From contig JAHJSU010000251.1 in assembly GCA_018829985.1 (NCBI GenBank), positions 1-43,247 on the forward strand: a DNA stretch of 43,247 nucleotides. Direction: 5' to 3'. The notes under the pieces were generated by a model, which did no database searches, was not told the DNA's origin, and was given only the letters and a program-made list of their open reading frames with translations. The stretch's first letter is position 1. Each line of letters opens with the position of its first letter. The stretch is from Elusimicrobiota bacterium. GTDB lineage: Bacteria > Elusimicrobiota > Elusimicrobia > Elusimicrobiales > UBA9959. Made by a program: the position numbers and the translations under genes. Positions 1 to 8,308 of the stretch are shown here, in pieces.

Positions 1-48
1 TATTCATCTGCGTCATCTGCGTTCCATGTATTACTGCTGAGCAGTTAC
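1..48. mobile_element. Right end of a GTAAC-TIR MITE (cargo type F), truncated by window edge
   Basis: Ends in GCTGAGCAGTTAC (TIR). Internal ATTCATCTGCGTCATCTGCGTTC matches the right arm of the element at 28441-28678. Confidence 0.75.
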
Positions 49-69
49 CAATTTCCGGCAATTTTTTAT

Positions 70-192
70 GTAAGGTTTCGGTGAACCCGTTGAACTATGC
101 AGGAGGGTTTGAGATAACATCTGGAAGTCGTAGTCTTTGGTAGTCGCAGGCTAAAGCCTGCGACTACCGGGATGGGTTCACCGAATGTTTAC
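70..192. mobile_element. IS66-like MITE containing a GTAG-type REP hairpin
   Basis: Ends GTAAGGTTTCGGTGAACCC / GGGTTCACCGAATGTTTAC are inverted repeats. Internal hairpin GTAGTCGCAGGCTAAAGCCTGCGACTAC at 140-167. No clear TSD. Confidence 0.6.
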
Positions 193-200
193 GGTCCGCT

Positions 201-824
201 TTAGGCGGACGGGATTTGTTTTGCCGGGAATCGGCCGTGTTGTTCGCTTTTTAAGGCGTATTTTATTTCGCGGTAGTCCCATGCGGTGGAGCAGGTGTCG
301 GGCGTCGTGCCGTAAAAGGATTTTGTCCAGGGATCGGAAACGATCTTACCGCGCTCATCTATAAGTATGCTGAATTCTATGTAAGCGGCCTCCGCGGGGG
401 CGCAGACCTGGATCAGGGGCTTGCGCTCAAAAATGACCGCCGTGGCCTTGAAGAGTCCGTCGCACGGCGGGCCGAGTTTGATATCAAAGGTGCCGCTCAG
501 CACGGAGCCCTGCAGTTTAAGCTTTGGATTTTCGTGAATACCGCCGGTCATCGCCATTGAATTTATGCAGAACGTGGCGGGCATGCCCATGCGGTCGGCG
601 TTGAGCTCTTTTCCCCTGGTCCAGCAGAAGTCGCGCCTCCAGACAAAATCGTCGTTTTGCCGGACGGCGGCGGGCTCCGGGACCGCCAGGTTCAGCTCTC
701 CCGCCGGGGCGTTAATATCGACGGCGAAATTCTCAAAAGAGGCGGACCGCCTCATTTGCTCAAAATCGGAAGCCCCTATGGACTGGGCGCACGCTAACAA
801 TAAAAGTATACTTACTGCTCTCAT
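201..824 (-). CDS. Secreted hypothetical protein with several cysteines
   Basis: 207-aa ORF with signal peptide (MRAVSILLLLACAQS), GGAGGGG SD upstream and extended -10 TGGTATAAT at 859-867 (minus strand). Confidence 0.75.
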   Translation of the reverse strand: MRAVSILLLLACAQSIGASDFEQMRRSASFENFAVDINAPAGELNLAVPEPAAVRQNDDFVWRRDFCWTRGKELNADRMGMPATFCINSMAMTGGIHENPKLKLQGSVLSGTFDIKLGPPCDGLFKATAVIFERKPLIQVCAPAEAAYIEFSILIDERGKIVSDPWTKSFYGTTPDTCSTAWDYREIKYALKSEQHGRFPAKQIPSA

Positions 825-920
825 CTATTCCCCTCCGGATCTCTAAAGTGCTAATTGTATTATACCATATGCCTGAATTTCCCGCTTTGACGTAAGTCAA
901 GGGGAAGGGAGAAGGGCTTT

Positions 921-1030
921 AGGGTTTAAGGGTCTTAGGTTTTTAGGGTAAGGCGGGCACTTTGTGCAGGGCTTCACTCTATCTCATCGTTGGGGTTCTC
1001 CACCCTAAAACCCTTAACACCTCAAACCCT
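921..1030. repeat. Periodic palindrome (8-nt AGGGTTTA-like units)
   Basis: Left arm agggtttaagggtcttaggtttttagggt, right arm accctaaaacccttaacacctcaaaccct. Sister copy at 26144-26238. Confidence 0.75.
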
Positions 1031-2297
1031 TTTGTTTTGCCGCGGCGGTTCCGGCAAGGAGGCCGGAGATCCAGGCGAAATGCAGGTTGTAACCGCCGCA
1101 GTCGCCGTCAATGTCAAGAAGTTCGCCTGTGATGAAAAGCTTTCCGGCCAGTTTGGATTCAAAAGTTTCCGGGCGGATTTCGGCCGTGTCAACTCCCCCG
1201 GCGGCGGCCATGGCGTCCTCAAAACCCAATGAGCCGGCGACCTCAAGGCGCCAGTCCTTTAAAAGCCCGGCAAACCCGGCAAGGAGCGGATCTTTGACCG
1301 AGCCCGCCGGGGCGGCGGGTTCTATCTTAAGCGCGGATGACAATAAATTAACCGTCCGTTCCTCGGCCAGGCCGCAGAGAAAATTCCTCCATGGACGCTT
1401 CGGGCCTGCGTCCCGCCTTTTCGCCAGCAGGGAAAAAAGCGTCTCCCGGGAATGATCGGGGAACAGATCTATCCGGCAGGTCACCGTGGAGGTTTCAAGC
1501 GCGGCGACGGCAGCCCTGCATAAGGAAAGGGCCGGCGGGCCGGAAACGCCGTAATCGGTAAAGAGCAGTTCCCCCCGCTCGCTGCCCATCAGCCTGCCGC
1601 CGGCATAAACGGAAAGAACGGCTTCCAGCCTTATTCCGTCGAGTTCCCGGACGGTTTTCTCCTTTATTTTAAGCGGCGTCATCACGGGCCTCGGATTTTT
1701 TACGGCGTGCCCCAGAGCGCGGGCCAGGTCCAGGCCGAGAGCCGAACCGCCTATCTGCGGATAAGCAGGGCCGCCGGCCGCCAGTATGACCGCGTCCGCC
1801 GTAAGGGTCCTGAGAGGCCCCGGCGCGGCTTTTTTGTCCCATTTGGGCGGAACCTGGCGGACCGTTATCTCAAAGCCGGAAAGTTTTTTTTTAACGCTTT
1901 GCGCGCAAGTGAGCAGCCTCATCTCCGCGCCTTTTTCCTTCAGCCGGTTGACCAGCACGTTTACCACGTCGGACGCTTTCATTGAGCGCGGGAAGATCCT
2001 GCCGTTCGGTTCCGCGCTCAAAAGAAGCCCCAGTTCCCCGAAAAAATCAAGGACCTTTCCCGGCGGCAGGGCCTTTAAAACGCGCGCCGCGAAGCTGGGC
2101 GTTCCCCCGTGATAATGCCCGGCGGTTATATTCGTGTTGGAAAGATTGCATTTGCCCGCGCCGGTGGAAAGTATTTTTCTGCCCGGCACATGGTTCTTCT
2201 CCACCAGGGTAACGCAGGCCCCCGCCCCGGCCGCGGCGCACGCGGCCGCCAGACCCGAGGCCCCGGCGCCGATGATTGTTATGTTTTTAACGTTGAT
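1014..2297 (-). CDS. HI0933/YhiN/BaiN-family NAD(P)/FAD-dependent oxidoreductase
   Basis: Motifs GRKILSTGAGKCNLSN, ILAAGG..YPQIG, GELLFTDYGVSGP, GELLDIDGDCGGYNLHFAW. The frame extends upstream of GTG 2204 through IIGAGASG, so the start is uncertain (ATC at 2297 assumed). Confidence 0.88.
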   Translation of the reverse strand: MNVKNITIIGAGASGLAAACAAAGAGACVTLVEKNHVPGRKILSTGAGKCNLSNTNITAGHYHGGTPSFAARVLKALPPGKVLDFFGELGLLLSAEPNGRIFPRSMKASDVVNVLVNRLKEKGAEMRLLTCAQSVKKKLSGFEITVRQVPPKWDKKAAPGPLRTLTADAVILAAGGPAYPQIGGSALGLDLARALGHAVKNPRPVMTPLKIKEKTVRELDGIRLEAVLSVYAGGRLMGSERGELLFTDYGVSGPPALSLCRAAVAALETSTVTCRIDLFPDHSRETLFSLLAKRRDAGPKRPWRNFLCGLAEERTVNLLSSALKIEPAAPAGSVKDPLLAGFAGLLKDWRLEVAGSLGFEDAMAAAGGVDTAEIRPETFESKLAGKLFITGELLDIDGDCGGYNLHFAWISGLLAGTAAAKQKGLRC

Positions 2298-2319
2298 AAA
2301 ATTGATAACCTCAAAGTTA

Positions 2320-2391
2320 AGGGTATAGGGGTTAGGGGTTAGGGTATAGGGTAAGGAGTTCCTTATAACTCTACCCTAACCCCTATACCCT
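2320..2391. repeat. Periodic palindrome (7-nt AGGGTAT/AGGGGTT units)
   Basis: gggtataggggttaggggttagggtatagggt ... ctctaccctaacccctataccctg. Sister copy at 24815-24892. Confidence 0.8.
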
Positions 2392-2395
2392 GCTT

Positions 2396-3388
2396 TTACA
2401 CCCTGTTCGCCGAGCCGAGCACGGTCTGGTTTTTGTCCATATACATCTTGATTAACTCTTCCCGGGCGGGGCCCAGGTATTTGCGCGGGTCGAACTCACC
2501 CGGTTTCTCGGAGAACACTTTCCGGATAACGGCGGTCATCACAAGTCTGCCGTCGGAGTCTATGTTTATCTTGCAGACGGCCGATTTGGCGGCTTTCCGC
2601 AGTTGCTCGGCCGGGACGCCCACCGCGCCTTCCATCTTGCCGCCGTACTTGTTGATCATGGCGATATAGCCGTCAAGCACCGAGGAGGCCCCGTGCAGGA
2701 CTATCGGGAAGCCGGGAATCCTTTTCTCCACTTCTTCAAGGATGTCGAACCGCAGCGGAGGCACGCTCTCGCCGGGCTTGACCTTGAACTTGAAGGCGCC
2801 GTGGCTGGTGCCGATGGAGATGGCCAGGGAGTCCACCTGGGTGCGCTTCACAAAATCCTCGACGACGTTCGGGTCGGTGTAGTGGGATTTTTCGGAAGAA
2901 ACCTCATCCTCTATTCCGGCCAGCCGTCCCAATTCGCCTTCCACCGTCACCCCGGACTGATGGGCGTATTCCACGACCTGTTTCGTGATCCGGAGATTTT
3001 CTTCGTAGGGCAGGCCGGAACCGTCATACATGACGGAGGAAAAGCCGTTTTCTATGCAGGATTTGCACAATTCAAAAGAATCGCCGTGGTCCAGGTGCAG
3101 GGCGACCGGGATGGGTTTATCCGCCATCTCTTTCATCATTTCAATGCCGCCGCGGCCCATCCACCTCAGCAAAGTAGGGTTGGCATATTCCCTGGCGCCT
3201 TTGGAGATCTGCAGGATCACCGGCGAGCGGCTCCTGACGCAGGCGGTCAAAATGGCCTGCAGTTGTTCCATATTGTTGAAATTATAGGCCGGCACCGCGT
3301 AGCCTTCCTTGTTAGCCCCGGCGAACATTTCTTTGGTGTTCACGAAGCCCAGTTCCTTATAGGACACGGTCGTGACTGCGTTAGCCAT
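2396..3388 (-). CDS. fba: Class II fructose-1,6-bisphosphate aldolase
   Basis: Motifs AVPAYNFNNMEQ, LHLDHG, VEGELG, SIGTSHGAFK, VLHGAS, KINIDSD, FDPRKYLGPAR. Confidence 0.96.
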   Translation of the reverse strand: MANAVTTVSYKELGFVNTKEMFAGANKEGYAVPAYNFNNMEQLQAILTACVRSRSPVILQISKGAREYANPTLLRWMGRGGIEMMKEMADKPIPVALHLDHGDSFELCKSCIENGFSSVMYDGSGLPYEENLRITKQVVEYAHQSGVTVEGELGRLAGIEDEVSSEKSHYTDPNVVEDFVKRTQVDSLAISIGTSHGAFKFKVKPGESVPPLRFDILEEVEKRIPGFPIVLHGASSVLDGYIAMINKYGGKMEGAVGVPAEQLRKAAKSAVCKINIDSDGRLVMTAVIRKVFSEKPGEFDPRKYLGPAREELIKMYMDKNQTVLGSANRV

Positions 3389-3615
3389 ATTTTCCTCCGT
3401 TGCAAAGCATAAAATCCCGTTAAGGCCTATTATAATAATTTTACTTCAGGAAAACCACAAAACCGCAAATGCAACGCGTAACGCACAACCAGGGAATGAG
3501 TTCCAAATATGCCCGTTACTTGTCACTCGTCACTTTTTTACGGCCTTTTCCTTTATAATACGCTCATTAATTTGCTAAAATTATTATTATAATCTTGATT
3601 ATCGGCGCATTTTTT

Positions 3616-6009
3616 ATGGGAAATCAAATCCTTTTTAACTGCGTAAAGCCCTCCAGATTCGCTTTAAACCCGCGCCGGGCCGATTATTACGATGTTTCGG
3701 ATATCATAATGAGCGGCCGGTACAAGGCGCCCGATGAGGATATAAAGGCGCTTGAAGATATAGACCTGATCTACAGAACGCTCGTCGCCGTGCTCTATAA
3801 TTTCGTTCCCGCCTCCGGCCATCCCGGCGGCAGCATCTCCTCGGGCAGGATAGTTCAGGCGCTGCTTTTCAGTTCGATGGATTATGATTTTTTCGAAGCC
3901 CAACGGGACGATAACGATATGATCGTCTACGCGGCCGGCCACAAGGCCCTGGGACTTTACGCGCTCTGGGCCCTGCGGAACGAACTCATCCGCGCGTCCG
4001 GCTCAAAGAACCTGCCGGAGCAGAAACTGCAGCTCAGGCTTGAAGATCTGCTGGGCTTCCGAAGAAACTCCGTAAACAATACCCCGCTTTTCAAAAAATT
4101 CAACGCCAAGGCGCTGGACGGACATCCGACGCCGCGGACCCCTTTTGTGAAGATCGCCACCGGAGCTTCAGGCGCGGGCGTGGGCGCCGGCGTCGGGCTG
4201 GCGTTCGCGGCCATGGACGCCTACGGCGGCCTCGCGCCGAAAGTAAATATCATCGAGGGCGAAGGCGGCCTGACCTCCGGCCGCGCGGCCGAGGCTATGG
4301 CATGCGCGGCGACCGCCCAGCTTTCAAACGCCGTTATGCACCTGGACTGGAACCAGGCGTCCATCGACTCCGACAGTGTCTGCCCTGAAAACTCCAGACC
4401 GGGAGATTATGTGCAGTGGTCGCCGGCCGAGCTGGCCTACCTCAACGACTGGAACGTCGTAAATGTTTCGAACGGTCATGATTTTTGTCAGATACTTACC
4501 GCCCAGAAATTCGCCGCCGACAGCGCCGCCAACAGACAGCCCACGGCCGTGGTGTACCGGACCGTCAAAGGCTGGAAATACGGCCTTGAAGGCAGGGCCG
4601 CCCACGGCGCCGGACACAAGTTCGCCTCCGACGGCTACTACTCCGCGACGGCCGAGTTTGAGCATGAATTTGGAGTTGCGATGCCCCGTGCGCGCCTTGA
4701 GGCGGACGCGCTCCTCCCCGACCCCGCTGCCGTCGAGAAATGTTTTTATGACACCTTGATGGCTGTAAGAAAAGCCGTTGAAAAAGCCCCGGCGCTGTCA
4801 AAATTCGCGCTGGGCAGGCTTGTTGCGGCCGCAGAAAGGCTTAACGCGCTGCGCAGGGCGCCCGGAGCCGGCGCCCCCAGGCCTGAAAAAGCCTATGCGC
4901 TGAAACCCGGCGAACCTCCGGCTGAGCTTAAATTCCCGCCCGGCGGAAAAATATCCCTGAGAGAAGCGCTCTCGCTGGGCCTTAATCATATCAATCGCGC
5001 CACCGGCGGCGCGGTCATAGCGCTGGCCGCGGATCTCTACGATTCCACCAGCGTGCGCCTTATCGGAAAAGGTTTCGGCGAGGGCTTCTACAATGCGGTT
5101 TCCAACCCGAAATCGCGGCTTCTCCCGGCGGGCGGCATCTGCGAGGACGCCATGGGCGCCGTCGCGTCCGGCATGGCGGGCTTCGGTCATCATATAGGCG
5201 TCACCTCTTCCTATGCCGCCTTTATAGCGCCGCTGGAGCATATTTCCGCCCGGCTTCACGTTATCGCTCAGCAGAACCGCGCGTTGCTGGATGGCCGGCC
5301 CTATAACCCGTTCATAATGATAAACGCCCACGCCGGCGCAAAGACAGGCGAGGACGGTCCGACGCACGCCGACTACCAGTCCCTGCAGCTTCTGGAAGGC
5401 AATTTTCCCGCGGGGTCGGTCATCACACTGACGCCCTGGGAACCGGCGGAACTATGGCCGCTGTTGGCCCGGGCCCTGGCTTTGAGGCCCGCTGTTATAG
5501 CGCCCTTTGTCACCAGGCCGCCCGAAAAGACCGTCGATCGCCGGGCCATGGGACTGCCCCCGGCCGAGGAAGCGGCCAAAGGCGTTTATTATATGCTCAA
5601 AGCCGGTCCAGGCAAACCCCGCCACGGCACCGTGGTGCTTCAGGGCAACGGAGCAGCAGCGGTCTTCGCGCACGAAATCCTGCCCAGGATACGGAAAGCG
5701 GGATTTAATCTGAACGTCCTGTACGTCGCCTCAAAGGAACTTTTTGAACTTTTAAGCGGCGGCGAGAGGGAAAAGATCTTTCCGGAAGAACTGGCCATGG
5801 AAGCCATGGGAATAACCGATTTTACCCTGCCCACCATGTATTACTGGGTCAGGTCCGGAGAAGGGATCGCCCGGACGCTTCACCCGTTTAAAAAGGGCCG
5901 TTACCCGGGCAGCGGCAGGGCTTCGGATGTGCTTAAAGACGCCGGCCTTGACGCCCGCGCCCAGTTTGACGCCGTAAAAGATTATGCGGAGTATATGGAG
6001 AAAAGGTAA
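3616..6009 (+). CDS. Transketolase-like ThDP-dependent enzyme (atypical, ~797 aa)
   Basis: Motifs SGHPGGSIS, AAGHK, LDGHP, ATGASG, GEGG...EA..LDWN, GICEDAMG, GEDGPTH. ATG at 3616 preferred over TTG 3595. Stop codon lies in a MITE TIR. Confidence 0.88.
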   Translation: MGNQILFNCVKPSRFALNPRRADYYDVSDIIMSGRYKAPDEDIKALEDIDLIYRTLVAVLYNFVPASGHPGGSISSGRIVQALLFSSMDYDFFEAQRDDNDMIVYAAGHKALGLYALWALRNELIRASGSKNLPEQKLQLRLEDLLGFRRNSVNNTPLFKKFNAKALDGHPTPRTPFVKIATGASGAGVGAGVGLAFAAMDAYGGLAPKVNIIEGEGGLTSGRAAEAMACAATAQLSNAVMHLDWNQASIDSDSVCPENSRPGDYVQWSPAELAYLNDWNVVNVSNGHDFCQILTAQKFAADSAANRQPTAVVYRTVKGWKYGLEGRAAHGAGHKFASDGYYSATAEFEHEFGVAMPRARLEADALLPDPAAVEKCFYDTLMAVRKAVEKAPALSKFALGRLVAAAERLNALRRAPGAGAPRPEKAYALKPGEPPAELKFPPGGKISLREALSLGLNHINRATGGAVIALAADLYDSTSVRLIGKGFGEGFYNAVSNPKSRLLPAGGICEDAMGAVASGMAGFGHHIGVTSSYAAFIAPLEHISARLHVIAQQNRALLDGRPYNPFIMINAHAGAKTGEDGPTHADYQSLQLLEGNFPAGSVITLTPWEPAELWPLLARALALRPAVIAPFVTRPPEKTVDRRAMGLPPAEEAAKGVYYMLKAGPGKPRHGTVVLQGNGAAAVFAHEILPRIRKAGFNLNVLYVASKELFELLSGGEREKIFPEELAMEAMGITDFTLPTMYYWVRSGEGIARTLHPFKKGRYPGSGRASDVLKDAGLDARAQFDAVKDYAEYMEKR

Positions 6010-6118
6010 CTACTCAGGTCTGTCGTCGTAGTGGCAGAGTTTACTCTGCCCAAAAAGGCAAAGCAAGCTTTGCCACTACAAAAAATACGTGAAAAATACG
6101 GAGAACCTGAGTAGTTAC
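6006..6118. mobile_element. GTAAC-TIR MITE, cargo type B (REP doublet), 113 bp
   Basis: GTAACTACTCAGG...CCTGAGTAGTTAC with perfect 8-bp TSD GAGAAAAG (5998-6005 / 6119-6126). Matches copy at 15209-15321. Confidence 0.93.
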
Positions 6119-6126
6119 GAGAAAAG

Positions 6127-6205
6127 ACTAAAGGATAAAGGCTGAAGGATGAAGGAAAAAACACAGGGAAACAAAGAGATTGTTCCGTCCTTTAGCCTTT
6201 ATCCT
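6127..6205. repeat. Periodic palindrome (7-nt AAGGATA/AAGGCTG units)
   Basis: taaaggataaaggctgaaggatgaagg ... cctttagcctttatcctt. Confidence 0.75.
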
Positions 6206-6232
6206 TAACGCTACCATGGAGGTCACACTATA

Positions 6233-6682
6233 ATGCAGATTCAGGAAAAGCCCTATCTAACCGGCCGGACTTTCATGTTCAGCATTCAAAAAGGCGAAGA
6301 TCTGCTGCAGGCCGTGCAGTATTTCTGCCATCATCATCAGCTCCGCTGCGGTCTGATAACCGCCATAGGGTCGGTTGAGAGAGCTACTTTCGGAGTTTAT
6401 GACCAGAAGGCGAAAAAATACGTGAAGATAAATATTGAAAAGGAACTTGAGGTGCTGTCGCTTTCCGGCAACGTCAGCCTGTTCGACGACAAACCCATGG
6501 TCCACGCCCATCTCATGCTCGGCGATATCGAAGGGAAGGCCTACGGCGGGCATCTGATGGCCGGCACCAGGGTCTTCAGCCTGGAGGTGTTCATCCAGGA
6601 GCTTACCGGCGAACTGAAGGTCCGCAAAATCGAAAAGGCCACGCAGCTCCCGCTCTGGACCAACCCGCTCGGCTCGAAATAA
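6233..6682 (+). CDS. PPC-domain / DUF296 (AF0104-like) protein
   Basis: Motifs GEDLL, TAIGSV, EVLSLSGNVS, HAHL, GGHL. GGAGG SD. Confidence 0.9.
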   Translation: MQIQEKPYLTGRTFMFSIQKGEDLLQAVQYFCHHHQLRCGLITAIGSVERATFGVYDQKAKKYVKINIEKELEVLSLSGNVSLFDDKPMVHAHLMLGDIEGKAYGGHLMAGTRVFSLEVFIQELTGELKVRKIEKATQLPLWTNPLGSK

Positions 6683-6686
6683 CAGC

Positions 6687-6807
6687 AGGTAAAGGTACAC
6701 GTACGGGAACCGCAGATAAAGGTAAAGGCACAGGCAGGGTAAATTGAAGCTTCCTCACTCTACCTAAACCTCTACCTTTACCTACACCTTCACTTTCACC
6801 TTTACCT
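6687..6807. repeat. Periodic palindrome (6-nt AAGGTA-like units)
   Basis: aggtaaaggta/aaggtaaaggca on the left, tacctaaacctctacctttacctacacctt...acctttacct on the right. Confidence 0.6.
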
Positions 6808-6820
6808 TCTCCTGCATCTT

Positions 6821-7738
6821 ATGGATAACGCACAAGCGTCGGAAACCTTCAGGGCGGGCTTCGCGGCTATCACGGGCCTGCCCAACACGGGCAAATCCAC
6901 TCTTTTGAACGCCTTTTGCGGAACCCGGCTTTCCATCATTTCCCCGAAACCCCAGACCACGCGGAACAATATCCTGGGCATCTTGAACACCCCCGGCTGC
7001 CAGGCGGTTTTCGTGGACACGCCGGGACTCCTGAACCCGCGCACTCTTTTTGAAAAAAGCATGTCCAACGCCATAAAAATGGCCGCCGCGGAAGAAGGCG
7101 ACCTGGTGATGCTGCTGGTCGAACCGCGTCTCCCCCCGCCGGAAAAAATGGAGTTTTTTGAGCGTTTCAGGAACGTCCGTGTCCCGCTCTACCTTGTAAT
7201 AAACAAGCTGGACCTGGCCGCGAAAGGTTCGTCCGAGGCCGCGAAGACGGCCGGGGTTTTCAGCTCGCTTCTGACGATCAAAAAGACTTTTTTCATCTCG
7301 GCGTTGGCGGGAACCGGCGTCAGGGAACTGAAAAAAGAGTTGCTCGCGGCTTTGCCGCTCCATCCGCCTTATTATCCCCAGGACCAGCTTACCGACCGCT
7401 GGGAGCGCTTCTACGCCGCCGAGATAATACGCGAGCAGATCTTCAACCTTTACTCGGAAGAGATACCTTACGCTTCAGCCGTGGAGATAGAGGTTTTCCG
7501 GGAAACGCCCGGCCTGCCGGATTATATTATGGCCGGCGTGCATGTGGCGAAAAAAAGCCAAAAGCCGATAATTATCGGCAAAGGCGGCCGGCAGATAAGG
7601 ATCTTGCGCGAGCATGCCCAGGCCGCGATAGGTAAATTCCTGGGCCGGCCGGTCAAGCTGGAACTGACGGTCAAAGTGACCGGGGACTGGCAGAACAACG
7701 CCGCATTCCTCAGGGAAATCTATGACAAAAAACAATAA
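6821..7738 (+). CDS. era: GTPase Era
   Basis: GLPNTGKSTLLN, SPKPQTTR, DTPG, NKLD, EIIREQI..EEIPY and KH-domain IIIGKGG. Confidence 0.96.
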   Translation: MDNAQASETFRAGFAAITGLPNTGKSTLLNAFCGTRLSIISPKPQTTRNNILGILNTPGCQAVFVDTPGLLNPRTLFEKSMSNAIKMAAAEEGDLVMLLVEPRLPPPEKMEFFERFRNVRVPLYLVINKLDLAAKGSSEAAKTAGVFSSLLTIKKTFFISALAGTGVRELKKELLAALPLHPPYYPQDQLTDRWERFYAAEIIREQIFNLYSEEIPYASAVEIEVFRETPGLPDYIMAGVHVAKKSQKPIIIGKGGRQIRILREHAQAAIGKFLGRPVKLELTVKVTGDWQNNAAFLREIYDKKQ

Positions 7739-8255
7739 CCCGCCCCCTGCTCCAAAGGCGTGGGTTAACTTCGCGTACGCGCTTGTGCTTTATGCGGGTT
7801 TCTCGGCTTTTCTGATGTCCCTGCAGTTCTTTCTCTCGGGGACGCTCGTTTACGCGTTTTTCAGGACGCTGAACTTCGCGTTCGGGCCCGAGAGGCTGTA
7901 CTGGGTGAAGACGACGGGGTATGACGCGCTTGGTTTTGCCTTTCTTGCGGTCACGAACACGGTATTTCAGTATTATATGGCAAGCATGCTCTCGCGCGAT
8001 CTGAAGAACGGGCCGCGTCTTCTCCGTTCGCCCGGAGCGAACTTAGCGGGGCTTTTCGGCATTTTATTTCTTTCGTGCGGGATCTCGGCCCTGTTTTTTC
8101 TCAAACTGGCCGCGAAATCAAGTTTCAGTTCTTATGTGCTGGCCGCCTTTCCGCTGATAATATCTTATCTGCTGGGCGGGGTGCTGGGCCTTATACAGAA
8201 AGAGGAAGAAAACCCTTTCCGCAATTCCAAAGTGAAAATATTCAGGCTGGGCTGA
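7722..8255 (+). CDS. Hypothetical integral membrane protein (~4 TM)
   Basis: 177 aa with several hydrophobic segments, overlaps the era stop. Confidence 0.75.
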   Translation: MTKNNNPPPAPKAWVNFAYALVLYAGFSAFLMSLQFFLSGTLVYAFFRTLNFAFGPERLYWVKTTGYDALGFAFLAVTNTVFQYYMASMLSRDLKNGPRLLRSPGANLAGLFGILFLSCGISALFFLKLAAKSSFSSYVLAAFPLIISYLLGGVLGLIQKEEENPFRNSKVKIFRLG

Positions 8256-8268
8256 CCAAAAAAGATCA

Positions 8269-8296
8269 GGCCGCTTTTTATTTTTAAAAAGCGGCC
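8269..8296. terminator. Hairpin between convergent genes, possible bidirectional terminator
   Basis: GGCCGCTTTTTA-TTTT-TAAAAAGCGGCC inverted repeat. Confidence 0.5.
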
Positions 8297-8308
8297 CGGC
8301 CCCTTTCT

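Noticed and set aside
2320-2351. TTAGGG-like telomeric repeat or eukaryotic contamination
   Set aside because: Units are 7-nt, degenerate, paired with a complementary arm and embedded between bacterial genes.
3470-3535. Degenerate heptamer arms (gtaacgc / gtcactc) between fba and the transketolase
   Set aside because: Too decayed to delimit confidently; possibly an old periodic palindrome.
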